In this document: piece after piece, positions 51,442-62,600 of the stretch
How the letters are laid out: the number at the start of each line of letters is the position of its first letter
Position numbering within the stretch: position 1 is the first letter of the stretch
Virus record (IMG/VR): IMGVR_UViG_3300012931_000001
Coordinates: 4,711-68,710 of that record
Reading direction: 5' to 3' (one strand)
DNA: 64,000 nt
Source: a virus
Program-made: the position numbers and the translations under genes
The notes under the pieces: model-generated
Database searches by the model: none
The model's input: the letters and a program-made list of their open reading frames with translations, nothing else
Told to the model about the DNA's origin: nothing

Positions 51442-52182
51442 ATGGCACGAGAATATATATCATGGATCAGAGTATCCACAAAAAGGCAGGGAATCAGTGC
51501 GCTTGGCCTTGACGCCCAGCGCGAAATAATCCAAACATCAATGGGTGGGATCACTCCGATTGCAGAGTTTAAGGATATATACACCGGAACGATCCTGTCT
51601 AAATGTACGGAACTCAGAAAGGCCATCAATATGGCAAAAGGAGGTGGATACCTACTGGTTGTAGCCAAAGCCGACAGGTTCAGGACGGACATAGAGGCGC
51701 TACAGATCTTGGACGAAATGGGAGAAGAAAATATCCGCTTTTGCGATTCGCCGGGGAGCAGCAGGCTTATTTTGACCGTTCTTTTTGCAGTATATAGGCA
51801 GCAGGCTTACATCGGGAGAATAAACACGAAAAATGCGCTCAGGCAAATTCAGAAAAAGATAGACACAGGGGAGCCTCACTACTCGAAGGTGAGCAAAAAT
51901 AGGGTAACGCAACTTGGGCGTCCTCGTGGGTTAAAAGCAAAGGAGGGCTGGGCGGATCAGTCCGTCGCGCAAAAAACAGCCAGCAAAGACCGGATCGGAT
52001 CAAACCCGATCAGGCGCAGACAGTGGCTGCTTATGTCGGAGTTGCGTAACCGTGGTGACTCACTGGTGGCGATCGCCGGAACGTTAAACGCCACCGGTGA
52101 GAGAACGCCAAGTGGACAGGACTGGACAAAAGGGTCGGTAAGTCATGCGCTGAATAAATGGAGTAAATATTTTGAAAAATAA
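51442..52182 (+). CDS. Serine recombinase (resolvase domain plus recombinase-type DNA-binding domain)
   Basis: IRVSTKRQ catalytic Ser motif, GLDAQR, VVAKADRF; C-terminal IAGTLNATGERTPSG..W. Confidence 0.88.
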   Translation: MAREYISWIRVSTKRQGISALGLDAQREIIQTSMGGITPIAEFKDIYTGTILSKCTELRKAINMAKGGGYLLVVAKADRFRTDIEALQILDEMGEENIRFCDSPGSSRLILTVLFAVYRQQAYIGRINTKNALRQIQKKIDTGEPHYSKVSKNRVTQLGRPRGLKAKEGWADQSVAQKTASKDRIGSNPIRRRQWLLMSELRNRGDSLVAIAGTLNATGERTPSGQDWTKGSVSHALNKWSKYFEK

Positions 52183-52660
52183 AACAAAAATTATGGAAAA
52201 AGTAAATTTCAATTGCACAGCGGAAGAGGCTGAGATTATCGAAAAAATTGCAGAAAGAGCCTGCGAAAAGTTTGACATCACGGATAAGGTGTCCCTTATA
52301 AGTAATGTTACGGCGACTCATTGCAACGGGAACAGATTACGGTTGCAGGAGTTCCTTGATTCTGACGACCTTGATTTTGTGCATGACATTGGCGGAATTA
52401 TGGGGCACATTGACCAGAACACAGGGAAGTTAACTGACTGTTTTTTACCACTTTTTTCGGAATAGCCATGTACACCTCCAACCAATTTCCCGTCAAGCAG
52501 CGCGTCCGGGCATTAACCGGTCAGTTACTGTACTTCCCCTATGATGGACATCCCGGGCAGATATTGCTGTCCGGTGAGCCGTGGTGGAAGCTTGAACAAG
52601 AGAAAAAGCGGCTGATATGCCGTGGATACGACAGGAACAAATTCAAAAAAACATACTGAA

Positions 52661-53059
52661 ATGCTACGAAAACTTTTAATCCTTGCGTCCATCCTGTGCT
52701 GTTCGGCTTGCGGCGCTCAATTGAAGCCGAAAGTTATGGTTTCATACGCCCCATACGAGCGTTATCAGATCGGGACCTCCGAAGTCTTAGTGCTACCGCA
52801 AACGTCCGTGCGTTCGGGGGTATCGTACACTTGGCGTTTCCTGCTGGCCGATTTCGACAATACATTTTGGGTGAGCGACGGTCATGGGCTGGCATTCACC
52901 CCGACGCAGGCAAAATTTGAAGTGGGAATTGAGGCTCGACGAGGGGCGGTAAAATTAAGGCTGGAGCATACCTGCTGGCATCCGGTATCTTCATTTGAAA
53001 CAGAGGTGTCAGGGATTTACGGAGGATGCACGAAGGTGAGTCTGAGTTATGGTTATTGA
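52661..53059 (+). CDS. Secreted small beta-barrel or lipoprotein-like membrane protein
   Basis: Signal peptide MLRKLLILASILCCSACG, amphipathic beta strands, ends with aromatic SYGY. Confidence 0.5.
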   Translation: MLRKLLILASILCCSACGAQLKPKVMVSYAPYERYQIGTSEVLVLPQTSVRSGVSYTWRFLLADFDNTFWVSDGHGLAFTPTQAKFEVGIEARRGAVKLRLEHTCWHPVSSFETEVSGIYGGCTKVSLSYGY

Positions 53060-53663
53060 TTATTTAAAAATGAATAAAATGAGAAAGATAAATGGGCGCT
53101 ACATAAAAGGTGCTGGCATTGCAGGATCGTGGAGCAAGGAAATATTAAACGATAGAACCCTCCTATCGCCAGCTGAATGGGTTTATAAATACCACAAAAC
53201 CGCTGGGAATTATTTAACATTATGCCTCCTGTGTGATTTTCAACTTATACACGAAGATGATCTGATCTCTTTTTGCACTTGGTGTATCAATCGGGTCATC
53301 AATATGGGAAGATACGGGGCAGAACTAAACTCGGATGTAATTAGGCTTGTGAAACGAAAGTCCAGGGGGTGTAAAATTGATCAGGAAGCGGACATCTTAA
53401 AAGAAAAAAGAAGAGAATTCGACAGGGACAGGGGTGGGTATATTGATGATGATAGCGCAAACCGATGTGTATATGACGCCTGCACTCTATTGCTATCCTC
53501 AAAAATAGGCCATTTAGACATTGCTATTTTGTGCCAACAGGCAAAGGCTGTTAATGCGGCGTCGGTAGTGGGTTGCATCGGTTGGGACGAGGTGGCGTTT
53601 TCAGAAACCTTAAAAAGCGAGTGCTATGATCAATTGAGGGAATTACTTAAATATATATTATGA
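53049..53663 (+). CDS. Hypothetical protein
   Basis: 204-aa co-oriented ORF. Confidence 0.55.
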   Translation: MVIDYLKMNKMRKINGRYIKGAGIAGSWSKEILNDRTLLSPAEWVYKYHKTAGNYLTLCLLCDFQLIHEDDLISFCTWCINRVINMGRYGAELNSDVIRLVKRKSRGCKIDQEADILKEKRREFDRDRGGYIDDDSANRCVYDACTLLLSSKIGHLDIAILCQQAKAVNAASVVGCIGWDEVAFSETLKSECYDQLRELLKYIL

Positions 53664-54115
53664 AAAGATGTTCAAAATGCGGTCAGCTTAAGCCATTAGA
53701 GGAGTTTGGAAAGGATAAAAAAAAGAAGGACGGGCATCGTTCATCCTGCAAGTCATGCTTTAAGTTGAGATGGGAGGAACTCGGAAGTAAGCACCATAGC
53801 GCTCAGGATCAGAGAGAGTGGAGGCACCGGATAAAAATTGAAAAATATGGAATCAATAAATGCTCTGTATGTGGGGTTAGCATAGAAGGCAAAACCCTAA
53901 ACGCTCGATATTGCGACCTTCATAGAATCAAACATAACGAATTTTTGACGGCGAAGAAGCAGAGACTCGACGCCCTCCTTCTAAACGACCAATATATTAA
54001 GAAGCTGCTTATTGAGCATGATGGATTTACGAGAGAAATGATCAACAATGATATAATTGAAACAAAACGTCAAATTTTAAAAATTAAAAGATTATGCAAA
54101 ACATTAAAGAATTAA
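53660..54115 (+). CDS. Zinc-finger protein (endonuclease-VII-type N-terminal finger)
   Basis: KRCSKCGQLKPLEEF..DGHRSSCKSC plus a second CxxC...YC..H; no clear nuclease domain. Confidence 0.6.
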   Translation: MKRCSKCGQLKPLEEFGKDKKKKDGHRSSCKSCFKLRWEELGSKHHSAQDQREWRHRIKIEKYGINKCSVCGVSIEGKTLNARYCDLHRIKHNEFLTAKKQRLDALLLNDQYIKKLLIEHDGFTREMINNDIIETKRQILKIKRLCKTLKN

Positions 54116-54288
54116 GGAACAGTTTATCTCAGAATTACGAGCTGATGGTTGAAGGTAAAATGGAATTAAAAGTCGGCAAGCAGCTGGCAAATACAGCAGG
54201 GAAGATGATCGGAACACTTAAGATTGAGTTGGAATACGCGCAAATGCGGGGGTCAAAAAAGAAAATAGACTTTTTAGAGTATGAGTAA
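54094..54288 (+). CDS. Small helical protein coupled to the zinc-finger gene
   Basis: 64 aa, overlapping start; ANTAGKMI motif. Confidence 0.55.
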   Translation: MQNIKELRNSLSQNYELMVEGKMELKVGKQLANTAGKMIGTLKIELEYAQMRGSKKKIDFLEYE

Positions 54289-54300
54289 TTATTGCCCCAC

Positions 54301-54918
54301 TTATTTCATAATCAAAATTCCCAACACCATCCCAAGTCCTCCGTAGATCCACTTCTCATTCCGGTGCCACCAGTTCGTCTGCCGGTTAAGCTCTTTTTTC
54401 AGCTGAGAGATGTTACCTTCTGCCGACTTATAATTTCCTTTTTCAAGCAAATAAAGTCCGCGATACTGCTCCGTTTTGGCCTTTTCGTTTTCCGTCAAGC
54501 CTTCCTGCTGTAAAACTTCCGCCTTCAAGCTGTCAGAAACTTGGGCGGATGCTTTTATGGCTGAATCAGCCTTGGCGATTATCAGCGCACAATCATCCGG
54601 AGCGGAGGCTGTATCTCTGTAAAAAGCAGCCGCCAGCTCGTCTCTCTCTTTTTCAAGTCGCGAAACCTCCTTTTTCAGCGCCGATACCTTCTTCTGCCCG
54701 ATTTTTTGTACGCTGTCGATGCGTAGGAGTTCAATGGCGGCACTTTCAGTCTTTAAAGAGTCTATCAGGTGTCTGCGCAGGGCCGCCTCATCTACGGCCT
54801 CTATTACGGTATCGGAATGTTTGGACGAGCAAGAGTCGAGCGAACCGGAAAGGAAAAAAAATAGCCCGACCGCGACCAGAACGATCGCGAGCCAGTATTT
54901 TTTCAGGAAGGGGATCAT
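54301..54918 (-). CDS. Spanin-like membrane-anchored coiled-coil protein
   Basis: N-terminal TM, long coiled coil, C-terminal hydrophobic segment; last gene of the lysis cassette. Confidence 0.55.
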   Translation of the reverse strand: MIPFLKKYWLAIVLVAVGLFFFLSGSLDSCSSKHSDTVIEAVDEAALRRHLIDSLKTESAAIELLRIDSVQKIGQKKVSALKKEVSRLEKERDELAAAFYRDTASAPDDCALIIAKADSAIKASAQVSDSLKAEVLQQEGLTENEKAKTEQYRGLYLLEKGNYKSAEGNISQLKKELNRQTNWWHRNEKWIYGGLGMVLGILIMK

Positions 54919-55130
54919 TTCTTTGTGAGTTGGGAAGTCCCGGCAATAGCCACGCAAATAGCGATTACGTAACCAAGAGCGGAAATAAGCTGCTCAGGTA
55001 AGTTCAGCGTCATGGCGGTATTGGCGACCAATACGGCGGCGGCGGAAGTACCGACGCTCACGGCGATTGTTTTCAGTTTCTTGAAAAATGCGGGAAGTTC
55101 GGCCTTCCAGCGTTCGATGATTGTGTTCAT
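54915..55130 (-). CDS. Holin
   Basis: 71 aa, two TM segments, adjacent to the endolysin. Confidence 0.65.
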   Translation of the reverse strand: MNTIIERWKAELPAFFKKLKTIAVSVGTSAAAVLVANTAMTLNLPEQLISALGYVIAICVAIAGTSQLTKK

Positions 55131-55143
55131 AATTTTGTCTTTT

Positions 55144-55590
55144 TTATTGAAAATATAAATTACTTTCAGCTATCCTCCTTCGTGTCAAACCAGCCAACAC
55201 CTTTCCTCCAGCCCTGTTCCATTTCAGGAACTCAAACTTAATGGACGGATCAGATGGGTTTGCGTTGATCTTTTTAAGCAGCGTGGATTTTTTCAGGTTA
55301 TTCCCACCCAGATTATAGGTGAACGAAACGAGAGCATCAAATTGGTCCTGATTTATTTGCGATTTCACCAGCACAGAAACGGTTTGCTCAAACGATTCGA
55401 CATCGTGCTGCAGGTATTCGGACGCTTTTGACTCGGTGACGCACGGATCGAGCATTGTTACCCGTTTTCCGGATGGATAAACCGTCGTGCCGTAACCCAC
55501 AGTTGCAACCCTGGCCGGGCATAGGTACGGTTTTGCCCGAAAACTCTCAAACTCCTTGATTAGGGAAATTCCTTTTTGTGATGTTTTCAT
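55144..55590 (-). CDS. Endolysin, GH24 lysozyme
   Basis: LIKEFES...PYLCPARVATVGYG (E-8-C-5-T), QFDALVSFTYNLG, GLTRRRIAE. Confidence 0.95.
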   Translation of the reverse strand: MKTSQKGISLIKEFESFRAKPYLCPARVATVGYGTTVYPSGKRVTMLDPCVTESKASEYLQHDVESFEQTVSVLVKSQINQDQFDALVSFTYNLGGNNLKKSTLLKKINANPSDPSIKFEFLKWNRAGGKVLAGLTRRRIAESNLYFQ

Positions 55591-56081
55591 TTTTTCACCT
55601 CTTTTATAAGTCGTTCATATTCCAACGCTATCGGGCAGGCCATCTTCGGTGTCTGGCAGGCTCCTTGCTGGGCGATCGCCTGCATGCTTAATGCGTATAG
55701 CGCCTCGGACTCGCCCTGTGCCTTGGCTCTGATCTGTATCTCGTCCGTCAGCGCGCCGATTTTCCGGTCTTGCTTTTCGAGCCTCTGTTCAAAGTCGGCT
55801 TTCAGGTCTTTTATTTGCTTGGAAACTTCCGCCTCTCTCCTGGCCGAATTGTCGCGCTCACGGTTGAGCTCCTTTATCAGGTTGTCATTCAGCCCCTGGT
55901 ATATTCCGATTGCTTTCCTTACGGCATCCAGCCCCGCGATGTCAACCCTTACCCCTGCCGTGTCCGCTTTGTATTCGGCTTCCCGTTTCGTCGCTTTCCT
56001 CGTTGAAAGCCAGATTATAAATCCAGTTAAGGTACCGCCTCCGAAAAGTCCGATGGCGAGATTCAGTAGATTGATTTCCAT
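55587..56081 (-). CDS. Holin-like / lysis-associated coiled-coil membrane protein
   Basis: N-terminal TM followed by a coiled coil, directly upstream of the lysozyme. Confidence 0.55.
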   Translation of the reverse strand: MEINLLNLAIGLFGGGTLTGFIIWLSTRKATKREAEYKADTAGVRVDIAGLDAVRKAIGIYQGLNDNLIKELNRERDNSARREAEVSKQIKDLKADFEQRLEKQDRKIGALTDEIQIRAKAQGESEALYALSMQAIAQQGACQTPKMACPIALEYERLIKEVKK

Positions 56082-56143
56082 TGTTCAGTTCTATTTTTTG
56101 CATTAATGAAATTGCTTGGATCAGGTCGATGTAATCCTGCTCC

Positions 56144-56653
56144 CTAAATGTGTCGCACATTCCGCACCCTATTTTCATCCAGAATCTCAGAAGGACTCTT
56201 CTTGCTTGACCTTCCACCTTTTCGTTCATTGGCATAAATATAGGTTGCGATTATGATTCCGGTTACAGTTATGAATAAAACACCCCAAATATAAACATTA
56301 ATTCTTTCATCTGCAACATAAATATAATGCAGTATTTTCCACGCCCTCAATGTTTCGAGAAGTAAGGCTGCCGACATAGACCACACGAGAACCCGATGCC
56401 ATTTGCAAAGCCCGAATTGCCATGATAGGATCAGGCATACCGGGACAGTAAAAAGAAGGTTCGATCCGGTCAGCGTGTAAATGTAACCGGAAAAACACCA
56501 TAGATGCGACGCGCACCCGGCGGCGTCCAGTGCCAGAAGCACATTGAACACCACCGGGTACCATTTCACAAGATCCCTAAGCCATTTAAGGCTATTTTTT
56601 CGTAGGCCGGCCCGTTCCTCCGCCACCCTTCGGTTCGTCTTCATCGTCATCAA
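56144..56653 (-). CDS. Multi-pass membrane protein
   Basis: About four hydrophobic segments; followed by a short overlapping ORF (55942-56235, start uncertain). Confidence 0.55.
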   Translation of the reverse strand: MMTMKTNRRVAEERAGLRKNSLKWLRDLVKWYPVVFNVLLALDAAGCASHLWCFSGYIYTLTGSNLLFTVPVCLILSWQFGLCKWHRVLVWSMSAALLLETLRAWKILHYIYVADERINVYIWGVLFITVTGIIIATYIYANERKGGRSSKKSPSEILDENRVRNVRHI

Positions 56654-56695
56654 TGTTCTTTTTCATAATAATTGTTTTTTTAAAAATAATAAAAA

Positions 56696-59600
56696 TCACC
56701 AATCGTTATCATACTCGGCACCGAGCATTAACCCGTACCCTAATATTCCGGCCGTCTGAGCGGGATAAAGTAAATTATACAAATAAAAGCATTCCCTTAT
56801 GCACCCCCCGCTCAAAAGGGTGTCTAGCCCGCCGCAATAGAAATATATGTCGCTATTATCATTCGCGTTAATAAGTGTAAATTTTTTCCCGACCGATAAC
56901 CCCGTAAATCTATACCTGTAGGTTCCAGACAGGACGCGAAAAATTACAAGATCAACAGGAAATCCGGCAGCCGTACCGCTAGTCCCGTATAATGGCAGAC
57001 TATAATACGTGTTACTGTTCGTGTCAGTTGCGCTTGTAAGGGTCGCTGAATAATACGGGCTACTCCCAATCCCGTTCACGTAATAAATAGCCGTCGAGCC
57101 GTCAACCACGACCGCGGTTCGTCTTGTTGATCCAAATACCCCGCGGCACCAAACGTCGCCAGTCCTGAACTTCCATGCGTTTCCTGACGAATCGACTCCT
57201 TGGTGGGATAAATCGCCATGGAACATGAGCCCCTCGTCTCCAAGGACTATTTGAACAGAAGGGTCTTCATAGGCTTGCAAGCTTACGAACGTACCGGTTA
57301 CGGCGTCTAATTCTCCTGAGAATATTCCAGATGATGCGTTAATTGCTCCTTGTATCACGGCGTTTCTCGCAGTAATAATTCCAGTACTGCCATCTAATGT
57401 TAAATTTGGAACAAAAAGCGAACTATCCCAATTCGTACTTGCGTCACCGTTTATTGTCCCGGACTGCGAAATCATTTGCGCATCTTTGTAGATAAACTCT
57501 GCAATATTTGCGTTATCAGCCAAGAGTGTACCTGTTGCGATATTCTCGAAGCTGTTTAGCGCCTCCCAATTGGTGGTATCCGTGGATGGCGCCGTGCTGG
57601 ACGTAAAAGTTCCGACGCTTGTTTTAACCGCATAATACACACCATTTGTGTATTTTACAACATCACGCTGAATACAGTTTCCTATATATGAGGTTCCGCT
57701 CACCCATGATCCTTTACGAATTTCAATAGAGTTAAACACCCTTGCGACCGAGATGGATATAGAATAAGTAACGCCTCCGTAGATGATTGATACCGTAACA
57801 TAGCCGACAGTTACGGTTGACAAAGTGAATCCAGTGAGATTCACCGTATAACTATAAGAGTCAGCGTGCGTGTCCGACCCGTAAGCCATATTCGTGACGG
57901 TTTTTCCATATGACGTCCAGCTTGCATACGGAATAGCCGTTGTGCCGCTAAACAGTTTTACGCTGATTGCTTTTGTAAAAGCGTTAGTGGATGGCGTAAC
58001 AGATAGGCTCTGGCTTTCGCAATAGATTGAAACCGTTGCTGCTCCGGTTGCCCCCGCCGCTCCAGCCAAAGATTTAACCACCGTAAATCGTTGCGTTAAA
58101 ACCTCTACACCTAATCCGTCAATATCCAGCGTTATGTCCGCGTAGGCGTTATTCGCTGTTATTGATTCAGCGTAGACCTTGATATATTCGGAACTGGAAC
58201 CGAGTTCAGATAAGGCGGTCATACCTGCCACCGATATATCTATGCCTGTATCTATTAAATCGACAATATCAGATCCCCTATATACCCTAACCTCGGTATA
58301 AGCCAAGTCCAACGCTTCGGATGTGTAAGTCCCGTCACTGGCGCACTGAATATTGTGCGCCGGATTACTCAATACCATCGTTAGAGCGTCGGAACCGTCA
58401 ATAACTCTTGATATTGTCCCTGTGTCGTAATATGTTCCATCTGTATATTTACATGATAAGGTTGTAAACGTTGCCGACGCAGAGGTTATTGTTAACGTTG
58501 CACTATTTACTGACACATCTGTTGGAACTGTTGCGGAAAACGTACCCCCATCAACGCTAAACATCCACGCCATTGTGCCAACACTCCCCTGCGTTGAGGC
58601 GTTTACAGTGATTGTCGTTGGCGTCGTTGTCCCATCCTTTGCTTGTGATATAATATTGCTCGATGCGGTTACCGTTACGAGTTTCGCTGCCGTACCCGCT
58701 GTTCCGGTGGCTCCAGCCAAAGATTTTGCGATAGAAAAACGCTTCTCAATACCCCATGCCTCATCGGTGTCGTTTATAGTTATATCGGCGTAGCCAGAAT
58801 CTATACTGGAGTCCATCGACGTAAGTTGAACGTCCGCCCCGTTTAGGGAGAATGTGAGCCCCGAGCTTGGCGAAACAGCCTCTATATAATAATCACTTCC
58901 TATTGTCAATTCCGTCCCTCCCCTGAAAACTTTGACTGCCGTAACGGCTTTTGCCAGTTCTCCCGAATATAGGTTGCCCGAGCTGTCTGCCGAAACGGTG
59001 TGCGACTCGTTAGTTAACATTACTGATATTGCGCTACTTCCGTCTTCCGCCAGCGCAATAGACAAGGTGTCAGAAATAGAGCCGTCGGTCGCCTTTATTG
59101 AAAGCGTGTTAAACGTGACGTCCGCGGTGGAGATATTGACCGACAAGCCTGTTCTTGATAAGCCGGTAGGAACTGTGCTTGAAAAGTTACCTCCGTCTAC
59201 AGAATAGGTCCACGCTGATATAGATGTGTTTTCGCCCACCCCTACTACGCTAATAGCCGTTGGAGTACGAACCCCAAGCTCCGTTTCGAGTATCATTTGG
59301 GATGTGGCTGAAAGGGTTATACGTTTTGCCGCCGCGCCGGTTGCTCCGGTTTTTGACTTAGTAATAGTCTGCGTCGTTGACATTGTTACGTCGCTTCCGT
59401 CAGCCCTGTTTATTGTTAAGGGATACGTAATCGTGACCACATCCTCTGAATTCGACATTGCTGAATGAACATTAACCAAGGCTGTCGTTGTTCCACCCCC
59501 ACTTCTTGAACCAACAGTGATTGACCCTGAGGGGGAAACAATTGGTGTACCTATTGTAAATTTTCCAGCAGCCCAGACATAACTATATTGCAATAACGTT

Positions 59601-62600
59601 GATCCCTCGTACACCCGAATCGTGGTGCCTGACCCGGTGTAAGATGAAACGATACCGTCTGTTGATGCCGGAACGGTGTGAGACTGATTACTATTAACTA
59701 CAGATATGCCGTCCGATCCAGCTTCCGCCATCACGTGCCAACAACCCGTATCGGTTGGAGGTGTTCCGGCCGTTGTCTGCACATCGCAATAATAAGTTGA
59801 TCCAAGATAGTAGACCGTATTTCCGACATAATATATTGCAGTAGGGCTGTATGCCCCCCTATCTACCGTTAATGCGGACTCGTTCCCGACACTATCCACA
59901 ACGGTAGAATCTTGCGTTATAACTCCACGAAATGATATTATACCTGTAGATGAGTCGAATTTTATATAATTATCAGTAGCCGAATTACGTCCACCGATAT
60001 ATGCATCTCCATAGATTGTCTCAAAAGCACGTCCGGTTGATGGGTCGAAACCAAACTGAATAAATTCTTTATCGGTCAAGGTGTATCCGCTTATCTCAGC
60101 ATATTGCGTTACTGTTCCGCCGTTCGTCTGGTCGATTATCAAGGCGGATTGCCTTGCCGTGTTCGTCGCGTTTCCAAGTTGTGCGATGTTATCGCCAACA
60201 GCAGGGACTCCATCTCCGTCTCCAACGGATGGATCTGCGGAAATTACTATATAATCGTAGCCGACTTCTAAAACCGGCTTCCAATAATATTTAATAATAT
60301 CGTTCGTTTCTGGATCAAATCTTTGACAGTAAGCGTGATCGCCTACCGCGAATTGATTTAATACCGTTCCATTTTTTATGTCCAAATAGCAGACATGGTA
60401 AGAAGCGTTAGACGAGTCGATAGACGAGACTGTCATACACGCGGCGGAATAAACATGGACGCCTCCGTAGATAGATACTTGGTTAATTACAAGCTCATTA
60501 ACAGTCAGGGTTTTCCTTATGTTCAACTTATCTATTTCAAGAACATAATATCCGTTTGCGTCTTTATATATAGAATAGCCGTATCCGCCAACTTGCCCCT
60601 GCAGGAAACTGCTTGATGTAATGCTCCCCGTAGTGGTTATACTATCCTTGAATGTCGTTTTTGAATATGATACATCCGATTCTCCATCCTTTCTCAAATA
60701 TCTACTATCAAGCTTCAGCTCCACCTGTTCAATTAAAGAGGCGGCGGACGTAAGGTTGCTGCTTAAAACCTTAACATCACCTTGCAATATTGATACGGCA
60801 TTTTTGCTTGATGTTGGCTCATCTACAACCGTTATAGTCCATTCAGGTAGTAATACCCCTGTTTTATATTCAATAGTTACATTTGATATAAATAATCCAG
60901 CCGGGTCTGATCCAAAAATCTGCGGGTCTCCTATGTTTACTTTAACTCCTGTTCCTATTGATGCATTTTCTGAATACGACTCTAAGAAAGCAGCACTCGG
61001 CTTAATGGTGTAAGTTGGATTTTCGTCATTAACTTTTGCTAATTCATTTTCAAGGTAAACTTGCTCCCTCTCCTCCGCATCATATACATACGGATAATAC
61101 GGCATTTCTATTCCGGTGAAATAGAAATGGTCACCGGCGGAGGCGTTAATAGCTATCGTCGGTAAATAATAGTCACTCGCCTCCAGCTCCGCATCTGATT
61201 TCATAAGCGAGAGCCTCCAATGCGAGTTGACCGTCCCGACACTGGTATCTATTGATTTTGTTTCGTCGTGATAGATGTAATAATCGGTAGAGTCGGAAGG
61301 AACTGCTATCGTAAATTTATAATCAGATCCTGCCAGCAGTCCGTCCGAAAACATAACGGTCATATCCTCGCTAGGAGCGACAAGCGGATCCCATATCCGG
61401 TGCATATAAGTGTCGTCCGATTCCCCGGAATTTTGTGAAGAATCCCAGATGTTTTTTATCCAAATGTCAAAAATTTCTTGATATTCGTTTGTTTGACTCC
61501 GGGTAATGGCCGATAAAGAAACAGAGAATGTTTCATTCCTGGAGAGCACTTGAACGTAGAAGTATCCAGTTATTGCTATCTTATATGTTCCAGGGTCTAA
61601 GTTTTTAAAAGTAAAAGACGTAGACAGGGTTGCCTCCCCATAATGATCAACCGATATTGTTGAAGAGTCTATTGTAGACTCTCCAGACATCACTTCTACT
61701 GTATATCCGAATAGGCACTCCCTATGATCCGCCCAGTCGCCTTCATTGGATAAGCTGGCGTCCGCAAATGTTACGGAAAATGCGATATTACCAAAATCTT
61801 CTATTATCTCAAACTCGGCGGATGATAAAGAAAAATCCGCCGACGCTGTTGTCTTTTGGTATTTTTGCATCAGCACCGCCTCTGTGACTACCGTATTTAA
61901 GCTGGTATCCGTATCATTGTAATCATCGTTGAGCACCGCCTCTACGGATACAATCTCATCAAGTCTTCCAAGTGAGGCGGTTGATACATTCTGTAATGTC
62001 GGATGTATGTCATCATTATCCTCCACTGACCCTTTTCTTATTCCGTAAATAGCCTCCGCCGACTCCGATATGACGTAATCGACGGGGTTAAAGTCATTCC
62101 CAACCGAAGCGTCGGCGACACCCTTTAGATAGGCATAAGTCTCCACCTCTATACTTGTCCCATTCCACCCCTTGACGTAATCCCTGTACGATTTGGGCAT
62201 CAACCCTGTGTAAGGGATGTTTTGTGTATAAGTGTTATTATCCGGGTCTTCTATGTAATCATCTGTGGCGGTGTCGAAATATCGGTATGGCAGGTTTATC
62301 GATGATCCTTTTCCCGAAAGTCTTGTGTAAACGTCCGGTTGGGAATTGACACGCTCAAAACTAGTCAGTCCTTCCTCGAATCCGTACTTAAAAGTATGGG
62401 AGAGAGTTATAGGCGTATATCCCAAGGTGATCGTCATCACCCCGTCAACGTCTGTTATCTTCCATCTCAGCCCGTAAATATCGTAAAGACCAGTCAGTAG
62501 CGACCATAGCGTCTCACGCGAAAAAGCCGTCGTGACTCGGCTTGTCCCATCATAAATTGTCGTCGTGAGATTATCCATATAGGAATCATCCAAGACCATA

